The notes under the pieces were generated by a model, which saw only the letters and a list, made by a program, of their open reading frames with translations, was not told the DNA's origin and did not search any database. A program made the translations under genes and the position numbers. Below are positions 58,772 through 64,000 of a DNA stretch of 64,000 nt, one piece after another (position 1 is the stretch's first letter; the number at the start of each line of letters is the position of its first letter). Source of the DNA: a virus (taxonomy: Duplodnaviria; Caudoviricetes); the IMG/VR virus record IMGVR_UViG_3300048629_000034, positions 49,116 to 113,115 of that record; one strand, written 5' to 3'.

Positions 58772-61700
58772 TTAGAAACTATTTACAACCCTATCTGTTC
58801 TCAGCACTATGGGAACAATCGAATTATACAATATATCGTACACTTGTGGAGTATATGGACCATCTAATGCTTTGTCTGTGATATCATCTAGCTCATACCC
58901 TGCGACTTCTTGAGCAAGTACTGATAGCATGAATCTAACTGGATGTCTAGCTATACCGTTTTTCCATACCCTTTGGATCCTAACTACATACTTAGTAAAT
59001 GCTACGAATCCCAAGTCGTTTAGCCATTGAAGCACTGCACTATCTGGTTTATTGTAGTTTATATAAGCATCTCTTGTAGCAATTAGCACTTTCTTTTCGT
59101 ATGCAGCTAATTCTGTAGCAGACGGCTCCATTTTGTGCTTCTTCTTGTAATTTCGTTTATACCTATCCATCATAAATGTATAGTGGGCATATCTAGCTGC
59201 GAAGTCACTATATGCTGTGATCTTTTGCATTTCTTGTAATGCAGTAGTCTTCTCACTCATATATACAATATTACCAGCAGTTCTGATGAACTTACCACCT
59301 GGAATATTTTCAAGCTTATCATCAATCCAATTTGATATTAGATTTGAACTCTTTATGTCTTTCAAGTCTATATCAGCCATAATACTTTGGTACAGGTCCG
59401 CATCTATTAACGCTGATACTGGACTATTGTCAAGTGTAGACATTAGTCTCTTCATTTCTTCAATTTTCTTCTTATCTTCTTTTGATAATTCGCTCTCTGG
59501 TTTATTCATTACACCTTTAGCAATTAATTCAGTCTCTAATTTTGATATCTTTTTTCTATCTTCTAAGTAATCATTTAATGCAACTGCACCATCTTTCTTT
59601 CTTTGGACTACTGTTGACATATCTCCACCTAGCTGAACCAATTCTATAGCATTTGACACTATATTTGAGTACAGTACGCCTGGTAATCTAAGTATCGTAT
59701 CAATTTTGAATATAGCAACTAACGCTTTTATGAAGTCTTCTGCTCCTTTTATTGCTTGTCGAACTGATTTTGGTAGCTTATTAATTCCTAATCCATTAGC
59801 CAAACTCAAGCTTTTGAATCCAAATGCATCCAGTAGCCCATCTCTACGTACCCACAATCCATTTGGCATAGCTAGTATCTTCTTCTTCATCTTGCTTGGG
59901 ATAACTCTCCAGATGTCCTGTATGTGTTTATTCTTATTACTTGGATGTATTAGTACGTAGCTATGTAAATTGTCACCAGTAACATCTATCTCATCCTCAA
60001 TTTCATTCAAATCAAATATCTTTTTATCGTTCATTATCACATATGGAACTTTTTCTGTATCCAAATCAATTTCTAACTCACTCTGCGATATATTATCATT
60101 CATATCTGTAACTAGTTCGTCTAGTAGTGCATCGTTTAATGCATCAGTAGTAGCTCTATCTAGTTGACCTCCTGACATTGTACCAAGTATCACTGCTGGA
60201 TGTTGCTCAACCGATAAGTATTTATCTTTTTCTGTTTGGTTCAATGGGTATACATAATTCTTAACTTTACCATTTTCCCCTCTAATTGCAATTATACTTC
60301 TCTTAATTGTAGCTCCAAGCTTACCACCTTTTCTTGCACTATCAACTAATCTGTCATCAACTTCCTTGAATATTCTCATAGTCCTAGCATATGTCTCTTT
60401 GTTCTCTGGATTAGTACTAGCAGCTAAGCTTCCTAGATGTTTTTGACTATTTGTAATTCCCATAGCAGATGTATTGAATGTAGTCTCTAGGCTATTTTTC
60501 ATTATGTATAGTGTTTGCTTACCATGAATTTTATCTTCAATTATTCTATCCAAATGTATCATCTTATAACCTAGTTTCTCCATTCTATCTTTGTCTTTTA
60601 TTGGAGCTATTTTACTTTTTTTACTGTCAGTCATATGTTCGTCTATGTAACCTTTTAACTCTTGATATTGAGTTAGTACGTTTTCTTGCTTAACTGATTG
60701 ATGTATGAATGCATTTGATACTATTGCGTCTATATTTTCTTTAGCCAATTCAGACATTACTTTCTTCACATCGTTGCTTTGGTTCTTCATCGCCTTTAAT
60801 GTAACTAATCTGTCAACTGCATTAATTAATTCAGCAGTCTTGTCATCACCTAATTCACGAAGCATTTTCGCAGTAGCAGCTTCATATTTAGTGCCTGGAG
60901 CTCGAACTATATTGTGTGCATTCATTTGTTGGATCGATATTGCTTCACTATTAACTAGGTATTTAGCTAGTCCATCTACTTGCATATCTACATAATTCTT
61001 CATTTCTATATCTGAACCAATTATTGAACCAATGGTATTACTTTCATCGCTGATTGCTTTGTCCAATTCAATTTCATTTCTTAGTATTTTTTTTACATCA
61101 TTGTTATCATATTTGCCATCTTTTAGTAGTGCATACATCTCTGTTTTTAGTACTGCTGATGTAACTGATTTTGCTTCTGACTTTGTTAATCTTCGACCCC
61201 AAGCAGACTTTAGTACTGATTGAATTGTAGTTGATGCATCTTTTCTTCGTTGCTCGATTGTACCCCTTTTACCACCCAATTCCTCTAATCTTAATTGATA
61301 TTGGTCTGACTCACTCAAGTGTTTGAATATAGTTTGCAGGAATCCCTCTGGATTTAGGAACCCCATACCCATTGATTGCATATAGTTACTAATTAATGGT
61401 CTAGTCTTTTGGTTCGTCCATAGTTTGTATCCATTTTTCAGTATCCATACTGTCTTTTCAACTCTAGTACCTTTTTGTGGATATGTCTTTAGCAACACGA
61501 CATCATTTACTCCGAACTTGTCTTGTAGCTCATCTACTTTCTCTACCCACTTGTCTTCAATTTTATCTATTCCATCACGAATCTTATTCATTGTATTGTT
61601 GACTATCGAGTCGTTCCATCCATCTTTGCCACTAACTACTGATCTGTTTATATCCATTAGTTCATGAGTTAATTTAACTAACAGTTTATCTCCATGTATA

Positions 61701-63799
61701 CCGTTACCTTCTTTTTTGTATGTTCTAAACACGAAATCGAACATTCTACCTGCATACTCGTATACTTTCTCCATCATCGACATTTTCTTGGTGTCTTTTG
61801 GTTCTCTCTTCATGCTTATACCAGATAGTATGTCGTTAACTCTTTTGTTAGTCATAGCAATTGCCAGGAATTCTTCTAGTGAATTTTTACCATGATTCAT
61901 GTAGTCGAATTGAGCTTTAGCTATCTTTTCCTCTTCGTCTTTATTGATCGATACTTCTGGCATCAAATCTTGCCATGTTATCTTTTTCATAGCAGCATTA
62001 TGCAGTCTTTTTAGCCTATGTATAGCGGGTGCACTTTTGTGTCCACCATAATTAATTGCAAAGAATGTAACAGCATGAACTAATTCGTGTACATATCGTT
62101 CTGCAACTGATAAGTCATTATTGGCTCTTGGTATTCCTTCGCTGGCATTCAGGTATATACCGAATCCCTTCCTGCCGAAGTTAATTGCACCTCCGTTTTT
62201 ATCAGCTTTGTCATCTAAGTACACCTTCATTTTACTACCATATTGTTTAATTGGATCTGCAATCAAATCAATCACATTCATTAGTAGTTTCTTCTCTCCA
62301 GTACTAATTTCTACCTTATCTATGTCTATCAACTTCTCTACGAATTTCTTGATATGCTCTGGATTGTTGATCAAATCACCATCTTTAATTTCTCTGTAGT
62401 CATCTATATTTTTACCTACTGTTGAGCTATCGCTTCTAGTGGAACCACGTTTAGCACTATTCGTATCATTCTTCAGTGCAGATATCTCAGCATCTATCTT
62501 CCACTTAGCCATTTTCTGTTTTGTATCCACTAATAACGGGAACTCTTTTGAACCAGATATACCATCAGTAATCGTATACGTATCTTTACCTGATTTGATT
62601 TGTATTATAGCGTCAGCATTAATTGCTTTACCATTAGCTACAGAAGCAATTGTATGCGATCGTATATTTTGCTTCTTCTTGTCTTCGTAATCTTTAGCTA
62701 TTGCAGACACACTATCTACTACTAATTCGTATATGTTGTTTTTTGTTGGATTATTGATTCCTAGCATTTTATATATCACTTCTAATACTTTATCCATTAA
62801 GCTGAATTTACCATCTTCTTTACTTTGTATATTGCTTAGTGCATGTATTAACGCAGGATTACTCATAGCTTCAGCTATAAACTCATGCAAATCTTGAGTC
62901 CAGTAGTGATTCTGCGTATCATTAGCACTGGCCATATCTTCTATTTCTGCTCTATGACTAATCGCCTCTACGTATAGCTTCTTTAACCTATTTAATATTG
63001 CCTTATCTCTTTTTGTTGAGCTCGGATCATTTTCTACTCTATTTATGAATCGTGATGTACCAGCATGAACTAATTCGTGAGCTAATGCTTTCTTGCCACC
63101 GTGTTGTGCTATTTCAACCATTGCCTCTACAATTATTAGCTGTTCTTCTTTTGGCATTAATTTACTGTCTATTGACATTCTTTTTACCATATCTTCTAGC
63201 TGTTTTTTGGTTGGTTCAGAGCCCATAGCTACCACATGTTTCTCTATATTGTATAATCCTTGCATTATGTATCCATCAGGACCTGGATTATTTGTAGCTA
63301 ATCCATCTAATTCCTTGATATCTGGATTGAATGTTCTGTTCAGTAAGTGCGCTAACTTGCCTAAGTACTTGTTATGTCCGTGTTTTCTTGGATATGTCAT
63401 CACATCATTAACAACTACTTCGTCTGGACTAGTAGCATATGTTTGTGAATCTTTATATCCATCACCCAGTACATCTTTTAGCGCTTTCTTTACTTCTGAA
63501 CCGCCATTCTTTGACCATTCAGTATTAACTACATCAAGTTTTGACTCTACGTATTCGATTGAGTCTACGGTAATTGTGCCTTTCTTTCCATTCTGTACAT
63601 ATTCTATTTCGCTACCAGTTGGAAATCTGTGCTTCAGAGCCGCATCGTATACAGGTTTATCTATATGCTCTAATCCACTATGTAGTATCTCAGCTTTATC
63701 TGATTCGCTTAGTATGTTGTCATCTGTGATGCCAGTTGCATTTCTCTCTAGTATATTTAGTGCAGGCTCCGACCATCTTTTTCTTGTCTTACAATTCAT
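58772..63799 (-). CDS. large virion protein resembling the C-terminal part of N4-like virion RNA polymerase, with two zincin-like HELVH modules
   Basis: 1675 aa; two HELVHA...EF.A.AM.N repeats; C-terminus SDF.ARY..INY..L..L.DLG..FTKY..RIQ; first late gene after the middle region, as for N4 vRNAP; no RNAP catalytic motifs seen. Confidence 0.55.
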   Translation of the reverse strand: MNCKTRKRWSEPALNILERNATGITDDNILSESDKAEILHSGLEHIDKPVYDAALKHRFPTGSEIEYVQNGKKGTITVDSIEYVESKLDVVNTEWSKNGGSEVKKALKDVLGDGYKDSQTYATSPDEVVVNDVMTYPRKHGHNKYLGKLAHLLNRTFNPDIKELDGLATNNPGPDGYIMQGLYNIEKHVVAMGSEPTKKQLEDMVKRMSIDSKLMPKEEQLIIVEAMVEIAQHGGKKALAHELVHAGTSRFINRVENDPSSTKRDKAILNRLKKLYVEAISHRAEIEDMASANDTQNHYWTQDLHEFIAEAMSNPALIHALSNIQSKEDGKFSLMDKVLEVIYKMLGINNPTKNNIYELVVDSVSAIAKDYEDKKKQNIRSHTIASVANGKAINADAIIQIKSGKDTYTITDGISGSKEFPLLVDTKQKMAKWKIDAEISALKNDTNSAKRGSTRSDSSTVGKNIDDYREIKDGDLINNPEHIKKFVEKLIDIDKVEISTGEKKLLMNVIDLIADPIKQYGSKMKVYLDDKADKNGGAINFGRKGFGIYLNASEGIPRANNDLSVAERYVHELVHAVTFFAINYGGHKSAPAIHRLKRLHNAAMKKITWQDLMPEVSINKDEEEKIAKAQFDYMNHGKNSLEEFLAIAMTNKRVNDILSGISMKREPKDTKKMSMMEKVYEYAGRMFDFVFRTYKKEGNGIHGDKLLVKLTHELMDINRSVVSGKDGWNDSIVNNTMNKIRDGIDKIEDKWVEKVDELQDKFGVNDVVLLKTYPQKGTRVEKTVWILKNGYKLWTNQKTRPLISNYMQSMGMGFLNPEGFLQTIFKHLSESDQYQLRLEELGGKRGTIEQRRKDASTTIQSVLKSAWGRRLTKSEAKSVTSAVLKTEMYALLKDGKYDNNDVKKILRNEIELDKAISDESNTIGSIIGSDIEMKNYVDMQVDGLAKYLVNSEAISIQQMNAHNIVRAPGTKYEAATAKMLRELGDDKTAELINAVDRLVTLKAMKNQSNDVKKVMSELAKENIDAIVSNAFIHQSVKQENVLTQYQELKGYIDEHMTDSKKSKIAPIKDKDRMEKLGYKMIHLDRIIEDKIHGKQTLYIMKNSLETTFNTSAMGITNSQKHLGSLAASTNPENKETYARTMRIFKEVDDRLVDSARKGGKLGATIKRSIIAIRGENGKVKNYVYPLNQTEKDKYLSVEQHPAVILGTMSGGQLDRATTDALNDALLDELVTDMNDNISQSELEIDLDTEKVPYVIMNDKKIFDLNEIEDEIDVTGDNLHSYVLIHPSNKNKHIQDIWRVIPSKMKKKILAMPNGLWVRRDGLLDAFGFKSLSLANGLGINKLPKSVRQAIKGAEDFIKALVAIFKIDTILRLPGVLYSNIVSNAIELVQLGGDMSTVVQRKKDGAVALNDYLEDRKKISKLETELIAKGVMNKPESELSKEDKKKIEEMKRLMSTLDNSPVSALIDADLYQSIMADIDLKDIKSSNLISNWIDDKLENIPGGKFIRTAGNIVYMSEKTTALQEMQKITAYSDFAARYAHYTFMMDRYKRNYKKKHKMEPSATELAAYEKKVLIATRDAYINYNKPDSAVLQWLNDLGFVAFTKYVVRIQRVWKNGIARHPVRFMLSVLAQEVAGYELDDITDKALDGPYTPQVYDILYNSIVPIVLRTDRVVNSF

Positions 63800-64000
63800 T
63801 TGGTTCCTTCTATTGTTATATTTTGTATCTTAGCATAATTCTGTTTTGGTATTACTTTTTAGCATCCATCCGAGAAATTTTTATCATTGTCTATATTTTC
63901 AAGCAATCTTGCTGAAGCACTATTTATATCAAAAATCATTTGTTCTATATTTTTATTGTGTTCTTCTATATTGTCGTGTTTTTTATATTAATTTGTTAGG

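Noticed and set aside
59217-63833. Plus-strand ORFs (up to 246 aa) opposite the 1675-aa gene, and similar antisense ORFs throughout the track
   Set aside because: Shadow frames of real genes: no RBS, Ser/Phe/Ile-rich composition, no motifs
1-64000. Prophage or host chromosomal DNA
   Set aside because: No integrase, repressor module, att site or host housekeeping synteny; nrdAB, thyX and hup sit within phage-type operons
63860-64000. 3' end of the upstream minus-strand gene (...NDKNFSDGC*)
   Set aside because: The frame is interrupted by TAA near the window edge and is too short to call

Overview
An AT-rich (roughly 30% GC by eye) lytic phage genome segment with N4-like (Schitoviridae-like) organisation. 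The likely host is a Campylobacterota bacterium, inferred from AAGGA ribosome-binding sites, TTAAGT..TATAAT promoters, and epsilon-like NrdA/NrdB/ThyX. Layout: 1-2310 holds late/packaging genes on the minus strand, including an N4 gp69-like gene. A probable genome-end region lies at about 2.3-2.7 kb. An early region follows, with four N4-type hairpin promoters and a single-chain T7-like RNA polymerase. A long + strand middle region carries three aberrant tRNA-like genes, three helicases, a primase, Sak4/AAA, SSB, an interrupted RuvC, an RNA ligase, a radical SAM enzyme, intein-containing NrdA, NrdB, ThyX, HU and a MazG-like protein. The window ends with a 1675-aa minus-strand protein resembling the C-terminal half of an N4 virion RNA polymerase. 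No DNA polymerase or integrase is visible. The standout is a phage-encoded ubiquitin-like conjugation operon (E1/ThiF, E2-like, JAB peptidase; 21153-24814). It is preceded by an unannotated 44-aa peptide ending ...SKGQ and by the first of ten divergent 110-150 aa proteins that all end in the same C-terminal tag, [F/I]-x-L-[H/Y]-D-T-N-stop. All product calls come from motif recognition by eye; no database searches were run.
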